64,000 nt of DNA from a virus (taxonomy: Duplodnaviria > Caudoviricetes). Under the pieces are notes generated by a model. That model had not been told where the DNA came from. It was given only the letters and a program-made list of their open reading frames with translations, and did no database searches. The stretch spans positions 96,001 through 160,000 of IMG/VR virus record IMGVR_UViG_3300020577_002562, one strand, 5' to 3'. Below, piece after piece: positions 16,620 through 26,020 of the stretch (positions are counted from its first letter, which is position 1; each line of letters opens with the position of its first letter). The position numbers and the translations under genes were made by a program.

Positions 16620-18983
16620 CTACTTAGAAGCAGCTCCTAAACCAGCCGGATTAGATGCTGGACCCCCGCCAATCGATCCAATATTCGACGGAACGGGATT
16701 ACTACTAAATCGTAATCCCGAAGCGGTCGGTACTGCAATGCCCATCGTGGAAGAACCTGCGCCAATACCAGCAGAAATTCCACGTTGACGTGGAGGTTTG
16801 ATGTGCTTCTTGCACCACTCATCGTCCAACAAGAACTTGGTACCGAGTGCCCATGCTCTCCAAATATCATCTGTAAGCCCAGGTGCCTTTTCGATTGTAC
16901 GGCCTCCATCGCGAATGGTAGCCAACTGAAGCAAGAAGTGTTCCACAGGTAGATACTGGAAACACTGTGGATAGTTGTCCTGCATCAACAGTATCTCTTG
17001 AAGAGGAATTCCAGAGGCTGGAATCCTGAATGACCGGTCCAGAATGTGATTCTGCACCAGTAGCATATCATCCCTCTTCAATGAGTATCGTTCCGCTGGA
17101 ATACCAAGAGCCTGTGACAAATCATGCAACAACTTGATGCTATTCCACTGATCAGCAAACACGTAGCACACGTTGAAAGCCTTAGCTAACGGAAGCAATA
17201 CATGCTCATAGACCAGAGAGAAGTTCACCACGGAGTTACCAATAGAGGGCGCAATCTCAAGCATCACATCTGTGATGACTTTGATAGGGTCTCTTCTATT
17301 AGGGTTGCGATGAGAGATGGTGCAGGTAAATGAGTTGTTAGACAAGCCTGCGTCGATGGTCATTACCGATGAGATAACCAGAGCCGGCGGATTGCATGCC
17401 ACTTTGGCGTAACGATACTTGACTCCGTGCCGTTCGACCTTATGGTAGTTGTACACCACTCTGTTAGGCACTTTGCCAGGCAGCGCCGATATTGCATCGT
17501 GATCCTGAATAAACGCAGAGTCTACGAGAGGTGGTTGTGCACCAAAGTCACGCATTGCCTTGGCTTCACTACTTTGGAAGTAGGAGTCCAGAGCTTTGCG
17601 GCTGAGTTTAGGGTGAATGTCCCAAGTAGCCAGATGCAACGCCAATATCTTCCGACTGTTGGCGTTGGACTTTACGTGACGCATCATCACGTCACGTCTA
17701 TGCTGAGGGCTAGAGCCTATGATGAACACGGCATTCGGAACATCGTAGTACCCGGATTTCACTCGGTCTTTCCAACCGACGCGCACGTTCAGCATGCTGT
17801 TGTCGAGTGAGGTATAGACTTCACTACCGTTCATGCGAACGGTCTGATCTTCCTCATTACCGTCAGAGAAAAATGCCCACTCGTCCAACAGACAGTTGTG
17901 AACCAGAATGCCGTTGGCAGAGAACATATGGATGTCCTCCACCTCGATGTCATATACGTCGTGCTCTCCTTCCAGTTCTTCGCTGCGCCACAGACGATCA
18001 CGGACGATGTGATTGTTGTCTCGCACCTGGTAGTCGAACGGATTGTCAAGTAGGACGCGAAATGCAGTTGTAGAGTTGCGGTGAATCTGAAGTGTACTGG
18101 GGCGTCGGACAGACAAAACACCAAGGCTCAGCAGCAGAATCTGAGTCTGCTGCATGCGCTTGTCTTCACCGAACAAGACAAAGCTATCCTGGAACAGCGC
18201 AGATAGATAGGCACTGACATGGATCAAAGATGACCGTAGAATCACCCATGGTACTTCGCCTCTAGGAAAGCCCCATTCGGATTCTGCGTATTCGTCATCT
18301 GCTAGCTGTGAGGCTAATTCGCTGGTCATGCGATGTCTAGTTCCATCCTTTTTTCGGAACTGGTCCAAGTTCTTTCTGGAAGCCCCGTTCGCACCGGCTA
18401 CAATGACCACATCGCTAGGTTTGATGTGCTGTGCTTGACGCCACACCATATCATTGTGCTCATCCGAACACATCACCAGATGAGCAGGAGTCAGATCCAA
18501 ACTGAACCCAAATGTGGTTGTCAAACGTATCAGCTTCTTCGCACCTGTACGCATAGCTCTAAGTACAGTAGCTGGAGCCCCAGCTACGCACACACGATTT
18601 TGGTCTGGTATGATACGTTGCATCTCTATGAGACCCAAGTCCGTTTGGACAAGTGCATCACCTCGAATGCATAGCCAACGTGTCTTACCACGCAGCAGCT
18701 TACGGTTTGGACCTGCTGGATACAGCATCAATTGCCGATGAGGATAGTGAAGCATCTGTGTCTGAAACTTCAGAAGCTCCTCGCCATTGCGATTACCCTC
18801 ATGCTTGAGCATGTCGTGATAGCCGCAATTATGTACATTCATGCCACCTGCGTAGTAGTTGTGCGTCCCTGCTACCTCGAAATCGTACACCTTGTGCTTA
18901 CTCAAGTCCGTTACCGACCTGACCTTAACCGCCTTGATAGTCTTACCATTAACGGTAATGATCTTACTTGATTCGGTTTCCAT
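16620..18983 (-). CDS. Terminase large subunit, C-terminal part (split-intein C half plus one cis intein)
   Basis: Begins with IntC (VYDFEV..HNYYAGGMNVHN/C). After intein removal reads LRGKTRWL-CLLDEWAFF (Walker B); nuclease motifs IDAG and DD. Confidence 0.85.
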   Translation of the reverse strand: METESSKIITVNGKTIKAVKVRSVTDLSKHKVYDFEVAGTHNYYAGGMNVHNCGYHDMLKHEGNRNGEELLKFQTQMLHYPHRQLMLYPAGPNRKLLRGKTRWLCIRGDALVQTDLGLIEMQRIIPDQNRVCVAGAPATVLRAMRTGAKKLIRLTTTFGFSLDLTPAHLVMCSDEHNDMVWRQAQHIKPSDVVIVAGANGASRKNLDQFRKKDGTRHRMTSELASQLADDEYAESEWGFPRGEVPWVILRSSLIHVSAYLSALFQDSFVLFGEDKRMQQTQILLLSLGVLSVRRPSTLQIHRNSTTAFRVLLDNPFDYQVRDNNHIVRDRLWRSEELEGEHDVYDIEVEDIHMFSANGILVHNCLLDEWAFFSDGNEEDQTVRMNGSEVYTSLDNSMLNVRVGWKDRVKSGYYDVPNAVFIIGSSPQHRRDVMMRHVKSNANSRKILALHLATWDIHPKLSRKALDSYFQSSEAKAMRDFGAQPPLVDSAFIQDHDAISALPGKVPNRVVYNYHKVERHGVKYRYAKVACNPPALVISSVMTIDAGLSNNSFTCTISHRNPNRRDPIKVITDVMLEIAPSIGNSVVNFSLVYEHVLLPLAKAFNVCYVFADQWNSIKLLHDLSQALGIPAERYSLKRDDMLLVQNHILDRSFRIPASGIPLQEILLMQDNYPQCFQYLPVEHFLLQLATIRDGGRTIEKAPGLTDDIWRAWALGTKFLLDDEWCKKHIKPPRQRGISAGIGAGSSTMGIAVPTASGLRFSSNPVPSNIGSIGGGPASNPAGLGAASK
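17895..18671 (-). mobile_element. Cis intein (259 aa) with degenerate LAGLIDADG remnant
   Basis: CIRGDALV block A, LTPAH block B, VYDIEV...NGILVHN/C end; YLSALF and LLLSLGV remnants. Confidence 0.85.
18828..18983 (-). mobile_element. Split intein C-fragment of terminase (52 aa)
   Basis: Blocks F/G ending VHN followed by Cys+1. Confidence 0.9.
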
Positions 18984-19845
18984 ATTTGTCCATTACTAAG
19001 AAGGAAAATTTGAAGCCTTGCGCTCGACACGCACGTCGTTTAGCTCGATTCACTTCCTTGCTTGCTTTGAGTGTGTAATCACTCTTGACCTCGTAGATTT
19101 TATTCCAACGAGGTACGTAAATGTCCGGATGGTATATCCTTCGCTTGCCATCAAAAACATATTCAATACTGGGCAATTGTTTGTCACCGATGCCGCAACG
19201 AATGTCTGATGGCTGTAGTCTCGTGTTCGACAAAAGCCACTCAATAGCCTGAGGCTCATAACCTTGGACTTGAACCATTCGCTGACCGAGTTTGATTCGT
19301 TTGCATTTATAGGCAGTAGCCAGATTTTTGTCGAACAATTCCTTACTCTGAAGTGCGTGAATCACTCCATATCGTTTACGCATTGTACGTCTAATCTTAC
19401 TCTGAATTTCAGTACGTTGCGTGGAGTATTCGACTCCGTACTTGCGTAAGTTGTATTGCTTAAGCTTCTCTTGAGAACACGGCGGACAGCCACTTCCTTT
19501 TCGCACATTGCCCAAGTATGGCGACCACTCGTGTTTGCACACTAAACATTTCACACGAGTGCGCGTGTTCATGTTAACGAACTCACCTACGCGCTTTATA
19601 TTCTGTTGTCGCAGAAACTTGTCTAGCTCATTCAGGTCGAAGCGTTTACTCTGACTTATGTTGCGATTCCGGGTACAGGCACATCCATATCTGAGCCAAT
19701 AACTGAAATGTTGGGAGGACTGCCGATCACAATCTTGGCAGCGCACTACCAGTTTGTACTGGTGCTGTGGGTCAACACCAACTACTAACAATGACGAACC
19801 GCTACTTTTCAGGTAGGACTTCACAATTTTTAGATTATCACTCAT
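18964..19845 (-). CDS. Free-standing homing endonuclease (Zn-ribbon repeats plus PD-(D/E)XK domain) between the terminase halves
   Basis: CLVCKHEW..GSGCPPC, KYGV repeats, QGYEPQA, HPDIY...EVKS; visibly more AT-rich than flanks. Start ATG 19845 (GTG 19854 is the alternative). Confidence 0.8.
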   Translation of the reverse strand: MSDNLKIVKSYLKSSGSSLLVVGVDPQHQYKLVVRCQDCDRQSSQHFSYWLRYGCACTRNRNISQSKRFDLNELDKFLRQQNIKRVGEFVNMNTRTRVKCLVCKHEWSPYLGNVRKGSGCPPCSQEKLKQYNLRKYGVEYSTQRTEIQSKIRRTMRKRYGVIHALQSKELFDKNLATAYKCKRIKLGQRMVQVQGYEPQAIEWLLSNTRLQPSDIRCGIGDKQLPSIEYVFDGKRRIYHPDIYVPRWNKIYEVKSDYTLKASKEVNRAKRRACRAQGFKFSFLVMDKYGNRIK

Positions 19846-19890
19846 GGTACTCACCGAATCACATACATCAAATTAGTCGGAGTACCATGA
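19842..19890 (-). promoter_or_regulatory. Start-codon-sequestering hairpin with CTAATTT in its loop
   Basis: TCATGGTACTC (19842-19852) and GAGTACCATGA (19880-19890) form a perfect 11-bp inverted repeat; motif at 19870-19876. Confidence 0.7.
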
Positions 19891-19895
19891 CATGC

Positions 19896-20891
19896 TTAAT
19901 CTTCTGTCACCACGTAATCATCTTCCGTTAGCAGATGGATTTCCTTCCACATAATAGCCATACCATCCGGTGTGAGAACGCGAATGCAGTGATCTCCTGT
20001 GGCGACCAGCTTCTTATCGTCTTCCAGAGTTATCTCCTTACAACTGCGCACGCCATTGTCAAAATGACACAGGACTTTGCTTGATCCTTCAAATGTTTTG
20101 ACCATATCACCCGGCTTTATCTGCTCGATTGGAACAGTATTGCCGTTCTCCAGTGTGATCGGTGTACCCTCAGCAATACAGAACCATTGACAGCCCTCAA
20201 TGTAAGTCTTGATCGGTAGCCACTGCTGCTCGTAGGCGTTTGCGAACGTCTGAGCTACTGCCGTACCGACCATAGTGGTTGGCTCAAGATCATACACCTC
20301 GTAGGGGCGTTGAAGCTTAATCATGCGATGCAACTGATAGACTGCGGCAGGCGCTTCAAACTGAGTCGTCTTACCTACTCGCTGGCCGGCTAGCAAGGCT
20401 AGCTCGTGGTACGGCATCATCTCTTTGGCACGCAATAGCTCTAGCCGCGTAGCTTTGCACTTTGGGCACTTGCCGTGTTTTAGCAGTTGGAAGTGCTCAG
20501 GGAATGCATCACTCTTGATCTTCAGTGGCACATCTAGAATGTTGCCTGTGTGGTACTTTGGATTGGAGCACCGTGGACAGATTTCGCCGAACAACATGGA
20601 CAACGCCCACAGTTGGCGTGCGAATGGGCGCAAACGCAAACCAGTGGGCGAAGTTGAGAACTCCCAGTAATTCGGGAATAGCTTAAAGTCACGGTCGTCG
20701 ATCCGCAGATCGCGAACCATCCGTGTGGTAGGATCGATTGCATCCGCTACCATACTCTCAAGATCTAACTCAAGATTCTGGTCTACAGCGAACGTTGTCT
20801 TGATCGGTGTGGGTGCTTCAACTTCACCAAACAACTCGTCGATGAACCCTCGCCTGTCTTTGAGCTTCACTTTGCAATCTCCTGAGGCCAC
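19896..20891 (-). CDS. Terminase large subunit, N-terminal part ending in the split-intein N half
   Basis: FARQ adenine-binding motif, AGQRVGKT Walker A, then WF/CIAEGTPI intein start. Confidence 0.85.
   Translation of the reverse strand: MASGDCKVKLKDRRGFIDELFGEVEAPTPIKTTFAVDQNLELDLESMVADAIDPTTRMVRDLRIDDRDFKLFPNYWEFSTSPTGLRLRPFARQLWALSMLFGEICPRCSNPKYHTGNILDVPLKIKSDAFPEHFQLLKHGKCPKCKATRLELLRAKEMMPYHELALLAGQRVGKTTQFEAPAAVYQLHRMIKLQRPYEVYDLEPTTMVGTAVAQTFANAYEQQWLPIKTYIEGCQWFCIAEGTPITLENGNTVPIEQIKPGDMVKTFEGSSKVLCHFDNGVRSCKEITLEDDKKLVATGDHCIRVLTPDGMAIMWKEIHLLTEDDYVVTED
19899..20180 (-). mobile_element. Split intein N-fragment of terminase (94 aa)
   Basis: CIAEGTPITLENG block A, ATGDH block B, then a stop with no C-terminal HN. 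Confidence 0.9.
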
Positions 20892-21373
20892 AGTCTCATC
20901 AGAACACGCTCCAGATCCTCTGGGTGCGCTTTAAGTTGTCCTGCCAAGTGTCGTATAACTGACAACTCGATAAGCTGATCTGTAGCCTTGGTTACTCGGT
21001 CACTGGTGACGTTGATCTGTCTGTTGTTCGTCAACAGTCTCAGAGTCTCCTCCATATCCGCGTAAGCGGTTGGTAGACTTAGCTCCAAGGCAGAGATACG
21101 GACCAACAGTTCATATAGCGTCTTGTGGTTCTTCTTCAGACGAGTTGTGAACTCTCCGCGCAGCTTCTTGTCTACTTCCTTGAGCGTGATGTCTGGGACT
21201 GATGACTGTGGTTGCGTCTTTACCAGTTCGACCAGTTTTCGTTTGCGCTTTCGTTTGTTCAGTAGAGCGTCAGCATCCCACCAATCATCTCGCGTTCGCT
21301 TTTCCGGCTGCGGCAGCTTAGTAGCAATCTTGGGGCTCTCTTTATGAATGACCCCGAAGATTGGGTCATTCAA
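20867..21373 (-). CDS. Hypothetical protein upstream of terL (small terminase candidate by position only)
   Basis: 3' part of the 243-aa ORF; likely TTG start at 21373 overlapping the DnaB stop. Confidence 0.45.
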   Translation of the reverse strand: MNDPIFGVIHKESPKIATKLPQPEKRTRDDWWDADALLNKRKRKRKLVELVKTQPQSSVPDITLKEVDKKLRGEFTTRLKKNHKTLYELLVRISALELSLPTAYADMEETLRLLTNNRQINVTSDRVTKATDQLIELSVIRHLAGQLKAHPEDLERVLMRLWPQEIAK

Positions 21374-22862
21374 CGTCGCTGAGGTCTTCGAGGTATTTCT
21401 CGTCTTTGTCCGTTTGGTCTTTCCGTCTTCCGTCGTTCGACCGATGCTTGTTTCTTCCATTAGCTGGGCGAACACTCTTGCCTGTTGTTCGGAAGCCAGA
21501 CTTTCCTGATCCTGCGTGTCGGCCGCTGGAACTGGAACCGGACCCTCGTTTGGTTTTACCTCTACTGGTACTGTCTTCTTCATCGTCATCTCCGCCATCA
21601 GGCAGCATATTACGGTCTACGTCCTTGTATTGCATCGGCGCGTTGATAGCCATGATTTGGAACGGGAACTTCTTCTGGTTACGCGCCTTCTGTTGCTCGA
21701 TGTCCAAGATCGATACATCGCTAATCTCGGCCGGGGCAGTCCACGACCACAGGTTGTTTGCATTCTCTTTGATGCCACCAGAGTAACGCACCAGACCCTC
21801 TTTCGATAGCTGTGCCACTAGAATGACTACAGTGTTCGTGTTCTTGGCCCAGATCTTGGCAAACCGACTGATCTTTGTCAACTGCTTCCATTGCTCATCA
21901 CCGTCCGCACCCTTCAGTAGTGAGATGTAGTCAACGATGACAACCTTGTATCCGTAGGGCTTCAACGAGAACAGCACCTCTTCGATTGATACGTCTTCAT
22001 CCGGTGACAGGATCGAGTACCGGGTGCCTATCTCTTTGAGTTCCTTGACAAAGGCTACATAACTACTCTTGATTAGCTTGCGTTCACTGTTGGACAACCG
22101 GCCCTGAGATATTCGGTTGACATCTATACCAGAGAGCACACCAAGCTCACGCGCCTTCATCTGCGTAGCGGTCATCTCCAACGGCACTATGGCAACGTCA
22201 TGCCCGCGCCGAGCCATGTTGATGCCAAGTTGGTTTGCCACTGCTGACTTACCGCCTCCGGAATCCGCAGCCAGCACTACCAACGAACCTTCTAGAAAAC
22301 CGCCATTCTCTCGGTCAAAGTCATCAAAGCCAGTTGGTACTACTTTGGGCTTCTTGGCTGACAGCAAGTCCTTAACCAACTTGACCGAGTTGTTGCCCTT
22401 TCCAGTGTGGAATAGACTCTGGGTCAAGTCGACCTTGGTCTGGCTCTTGACTAACTTGGTGTGCAAGGCTTCGGTCAGCTTCTCGACATCTAGTTGATCG
22501 CCCTCAATCTCGTTGTAGATCTGTTCAGCAATCGAATAGAGCCCCCGTACTCTCCGCATCTTGTCCAGCGTGCGGATCATGCTTCGGGCATCACGCCTCG
22601 AATCTGTGGTTTCAGCGTCTGACCCCTTCAATAGCTTCCGGTACTTCTCCGATAGCTTGGGGTCTGAACACAGTTCAGTCCACGAGGGTATCTCACCTGA
22701 CTGACGAACGCTTGCCATCACTGCTTCATAGGCCGCTTTCGTTGGCGGGTGGAAGAAGCAGTCTTCGTTCAATGAAGCAAGCACCAGACTTCGCAGCTTG
22801 TCAGAGGCATCGCATATCGTGCGCAATGCCTGGTACTCTAACCTGGTACTAACGATTTTCAT
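21366..22862 (-). CDS. dnaB: Replicative DnaB-like helicase
   Basis: PTGFDDFD, AADSGGGKS Walker A, PLEM, VIVDYI, VAQL, KARN. Confidence 0.9.
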   Translation of the reverse strand: MKIVSTRLEYQALRTICDASDKLRSLVLASLNEDCFFHPPTKAAYEAVMASVRQSGEIPSWTELCSDPKLSEKYRKLLKGSDAETTDSRRDARSMIRTLDKMRRVRGLYSIAEQIYNEIEGDQLDVEKLTEALHTKLVKSQTKVDLTQSLFHTGKGNNSVKLVKDLLSAKKPKVVPTGFDDFDRENGGFLEGSLVVLAADSGGGKSAVANQLGINMARRGHDVAIVPLEMTATQMKARELGVLSGIDVNRISQGRLSNSERKLIKSSYVAFVKELKEIGTRYSILSPDEDVSIEEVLFSLKPYGYKVVIVDYISLLKGADGDEQWKQLTKISRFAKIWAKNTNTVVILVAQLSKEGLVRYSGGIKENANNLWSWTAPAEISDVSILDIEQQKARNQKKFPFQIMAINAPMQYKDVDRNMLPDGGDDDEEDSTSRGKTKRGSGSSSSGRHAGSGKSGFRTTGKSVRPANGRNKHRSNDGRRKDQTDKDEKYLEDLSDVE

Positions 22863-23428
22863 AGGACTTGTACAGTCTCAACGTGACCTAGATTCATGCA
22901 GTATTGAATAGCCATGTGCAGCTTGCTATTGGCTATCGTTAGTGGATCACATCCACTACAAACCACGATGCGAGGGATGTTGCTGTATTGGGTTAGCAAG
23001 TCTCTCACCTTCTCAAACTTAACGGCTGTGCTATCAACCACCAGATTGCTCAAGACCAACATGCTAGGCCTGAACTCTGCTGGCTTGTCGCGGAGCTTGT
23101 CTGCGAACGAACCGTTGACCCAATGCCATAGAGGCGGCTCGAAGCCCGGGCGCCGAAGTTTGAATGCCAGCCCCATCATGTGAGCGGCCAAAAGTCTAGC
23201 TCGCTGGTCGTTAGGATTCGATGCGATGACCATGATGTACGGGTCAGCATCTTTGACACAGTGTTCATAGCGCATCAACTGCGCTGCCCTAGTAATACGC
23301 TTGTCAGCGTGGCGGAACGATTTGGCTGCACGATCAAGCACAAAAGGCCGCACACGAAACAAGTCTCGTGGCAGCCCTCTGTTCAGCATCTGCTGCTGTA
23401 ACGTCGTGTCTGACGGTAATTGGATCAC
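22859..23428 (-). CDS. Putative helicase loader (degenerate DnaC/IstB-like)
   Basis: Coupled to dnaB; MLVLSNL...VRDLL...PRIVV pattern but no intact Walker A. Confidence 0.4.
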   Translation of the reverse strand: MIQLPSDTTLQQQMLNRGLPRDLFRVRPFVLDRAAKSFRHADKRITRAAQLMRYEHCVKDADPYIMVIASNPNDQRARLLAAHMMGLAFKLRRPGFEPPLWHWVNGSFADKLRDKPAEFRPSMLVLSNLVVDSTAVKFEKVRDLLTQYSNIPRIVVCSGCDPLTIANSKLHMAIQYCMNLGHVETVQVL

Positions 23429-23453
23429 ACGCCTCTCCGGCTTTGAAGTCTAC

Positions 23454-23461
23454 TACTTTAC
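23454..23461 (-). promoter_or_regulatory. GTAAAGTA motif, putative replication-gene promoter element
   Basis: Intergenic, 25 nt upstream of the loader/dnaB unit; recurs before clamp and polymerase. Confidence 0.45.
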
Positions 23462-23486
23462 CGATTCGTCAGTCAGACTAATCGGT

Positions 23487-24293
23487 TCACTTGGATCCTT
23501 TTTCTGGTCGCATACCCATGCGCTTATACCGAATCTCCATCAGCAATTTTCCAAGTTGATTCTCGCCACGACCGTTGCACACACCCCAGAAAATGTCACC
23601 CCAATGGTTGCCCTCAATGAGCTTGTCTGGGTACGTTTCAATCAACCGCCTGGTCAGCGTCTTGCCTGGAGCAAATTTCTGCCCCAACAATTGCCGCATC
23701 ACATCTATCTTGATGCGCTCCCAGTTTGGCGAAAGCCGAACTCGGCTGCCCTTTCTCTTGGCCTGTCCGGCAGTGCAAGTCTCGTAGATCTCTCGTTCCG
23801 TTGTTGGCGACTTGGCTGCTTGGTAGGCGTTCTCTACAGTCGGGTACGTCTTGCCGTCTAACACAACCTCACTAGCCCAGAAGTTACTGAGCCAAGCATA
23901 TTCACCGTCAAAGCGTGTTATGGCCGTAGTTGGTTTCATCTCTCGAGGCTTTCTGTCTCTTCGGTCAGTCGAATCTAGCAATCCGCTGCCTACTGTGTTA
24001 CCGTCACTATCCAATTTCAGGTTGTAGACTGAGGTGAGCGCAGCTATTGCCAACAATTCTGCTCTAGAGAATACGGTCAATGGCTTACCGCAGTACCCTA
24101 GTTGCTGTGCTATCATCAGACCAGTTTTTAACAGGTCTAATGGTAGTCTACTTTCTGTGCTACCCTGACACCCTTCTATGTTGCATAGATCGGTTAGTGT
24201 GCAAGCGTCGCATGGGATCTTGACTTCTTTTTTTGGCTCTGTGGACTCCTCTTTGTTAAAGTCTGGTGTTGGCGATACCAAAGGCTTGTCCAT
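23487..24293 (-). CDS. NADAR (YbiA-like) domain protein
   Basis: WLSNFW, YPTVENAYQAAK, KF, LIEGNHWGDIFWG, GENQLGKLLMEIR. Domain starts near ATG 23939; the N-terminal part may be an extension. Confidence 0.9.
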   Translation of the reverse strand: MDKPLVSPTPDFNKEESTEPKKEVKIPCDACTLTDLCNIEGCQGSTESRLPLDLLKTGLMIAQQLGYCGKPLTVFSRAELLAIAALTSVYNLKLDSDGNTVGSGLLDSTDRRDRKPREMKPTTAITRFDGEYAWLSNFWASEVVLDGKTYPTVENAYQAAKSPTTEREIYETCTAGQAKRKGSRVRLSPNWERIKIDVMRQLLGQKFAPGKTLTRRLIETYPDKLIEGNHWGDIFWGVCNGRGENQLGKLLMEIRYKRMGMRPEKGSK

Positions 24294-24300
24294 CAGAGTC

Positions 24301-24717
24301 TCAGTAGTTTGGGTTAGTCTCGAATGAGATTGGAGATGGTTTTGCGAGGTCGCTCGCTAACTTGAAGCCAAGCAACGGCCAAATCTTACTGACTGCATGC
24401 TGCCGCGCCACTTTGCGGCCAAACTCTGGGTCAAAGTTCTCAGCACTTACGCAAGCACTTTCTCCGGTCACGGTGTACCCATTCTGCAAGACCAGCACAC
24501 AGATCGTTAGCCTATCCAATGAACTAGGAAAATCTAATGAGACTCTTGTGCCTTCATTTACGGCATCTGGACCATCCCTGGCCGCTTCTCCTGCAGTGAA
24601 GTAGTGCTCAGATACAATTGCGTTCTCTATGTCACGCAGCGTCACTCGTGGAGCGTTCAGCCCACGGGCAAGAATCTCTTGTTCAACGTTGGTTACAGCC
24701 ACAATCCACTCCTTCAA
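24301..24717 (-). CDS. N4 gp49/Sf6 gp66 family protein
   Basis: PRVT..I, LTICVLVLQNGYTVTGESACVSAENFDPEFG, IWPLLGF. Confidence 0.85.
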   Translation of the reverse strand: MKEWIVAVTNVEQEILARGLNAPRVTLRDIENAIVSEHYFTAGEAARDGPDAVNEGTRVSLDFPSSLDRLTICVLVLQNGYTVTGESACVSAENFDPEFGRKVARQHAVSKIWPLLGFKLASDLAKPSPISFETNPNY

Positions 24718-25175
24718 CGTAGAGTATTGGCATCGCGCATAGCGCGGTACTTGTTCAGTTCTTCAACCACCAGATCTAGGTCAGAGACATCGATACTAAG
24801 CTCCTTTCCACTCAACTGAAGTTTGACTTGATCATCCACGAAGCCTGTACCACGCAGCAGATAGCTTCCGATTTGATATGTACGCACCATCTCTTTCATC
24901 ATCGGACTGAGCCCCCATCGACGTTCTCGTCCGGAACCCCCAAACTCTGTGGCATTCTTCTTGACCAATAAACCAGCATCCATTGCCTGTTCCAAGCAAG
25001 TACGAAGTCCGACTATAGGTCCGAAGAGATCTTGCATGAACTCGGTGCTGATCCAATCATTCGGGTGCATAGCCAAGTACATCATGATCTTGACACGAGG
25101 GGCAACTTCATAGCGTTGCCTAGTCTTTGATGTAGATTCGCTTTCGCGCACGGCGCGTCCGTTTTGATAGATCAC
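24714..25175 (-). CDS. Hypothetical protein, possible winged helix
   Basis: 153-aa ORF in operon; start uncertain. Confidence 0.45.
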   Translation of the reverse strand: MIYQNGRAVRESESTSKTRQRYEVAPRVKIMMYLAMHPNDWISTEFMQDLFGPIVGLRTCLEQAMDAGLLVKKNATEFGGSGRERRWGLSPMMKEMVRTYQIGSYLLRGTGFVDDQVKLQLSGKELSIDVSDLDLVVEELNKYRAMRDANTLR

Positions 25176-25608
25176 CTGACCTCCATGCTAGTCTAGCCAG
25201 AATGGTAACTCGTACCTCTAGATCCATCGGACGCGAACGGGCTTTCGTGCGTATTCGACAGTAGCCAGTGTCGTCCAATACCAGTACGCCACAGTCTCCT
25301 AATCTTCGTTGGGTCAGTAGTTTAGCCGTCTGTGCCTTCTCGTACACTTTCTTGGTAACGCACAAGTACATGCGGTCGCAGAAAGGGCGGTACTCATGCA
25401 TCTTGTTGTCGGTGCGCAGATCCGCCAATGAGGACTTGACTTCAACAATGACGATCTGACCGCTGATCTTGTTGCCGATTACGTCTACGCGCCGGCGACC
25501 CCACGGCATCACTCCGACCTCGAAGTGACAACTGAAGCGGTACTTGAAGAAGAGGTACGCCGCAGCTTGCTTGAGCGCATCAGCTACTTGCTTACGTGAC
25601 GCTGCCAC
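25120..25608 (-). CDS. MmcB-like PD-(D/E)XK nuclease
   Basis: RRVDVIG, IVEVKSSLADLRTDNKMHEYRPFCDRMY. Confidence 0.8.
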   Translation of the reverse strand: MAASRKQVADALKQAAAYLFFKYRFSCHFEVGVMPWGRRRVDVIGNKISGQIVIVEVKSSLADLRTDNKMHEYRPFCDRMYLCVTKKVYEKAQTAKLLTQRRLGDCGVLVLDDTGYCRIRTKARSRPMDLEVRVTILARLAWRSGDLSKRTRRARKRIYIKD

Positions 25609-25612
25609 GCAT

Positions 25613-26020
25613 TTATCCCTTATACTCCAATAGTCTCAGATCTTTCTCGCGCAGTATGAACTGATGTCTACTGTCACCTTGTAGGAGATTGATAGTACCG
25701 CTTCTATCATCAATCCATGACTCATCATCGAACAGCACAGCGAAGCGAAATCCCTTCTCAGTGAACTCCACCTCTTGCACAGTCGCTTTAGCACCCGGCA
25801 CCAGGAAATGTGCGCAGTGTCTCCAGCCCGGCGCTTTGTTGTAGTCCGGGGCGGCAACCAGAGCTACACGATCACCAACCTTGAATGGTGCGTGTTTCTC
25901 GATCAGATGATTGTAGGCGGCTACAAGCTTACGCAAGTAGTAATCAAGAGGACCGCTGTTCAGGAGCCTTATCGCATCCGACATGAGCGATATTGCTTTC
26001 TCCACTTTCTCAATTCCCAT
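25613..26020 (-). CDS. Hypothetical protein
   Basis: 135-aa ORF in operon. Confidence 0.55.
   Translation of the reverse strand: MGIEKVEKAISLMSDAIRLLNSGPLDYYLRKLVAAYNHLIEKHAPFKVGDRVALVAAPDYNKAPGWRHCAHFLVPGAKATVQEVEFTEKGFRFAVLFDDESWIDDRSGTINLLQGDSRHQFILREKDLRLLEYKG

Noticed and set aside
21374-21598. Long overlap between the 243-aa ORF and the dnaB 3' end as dual coding
   Set aside because: A TTG start at 21373 coupled to the dnaB stop explains the gene without the overlap.
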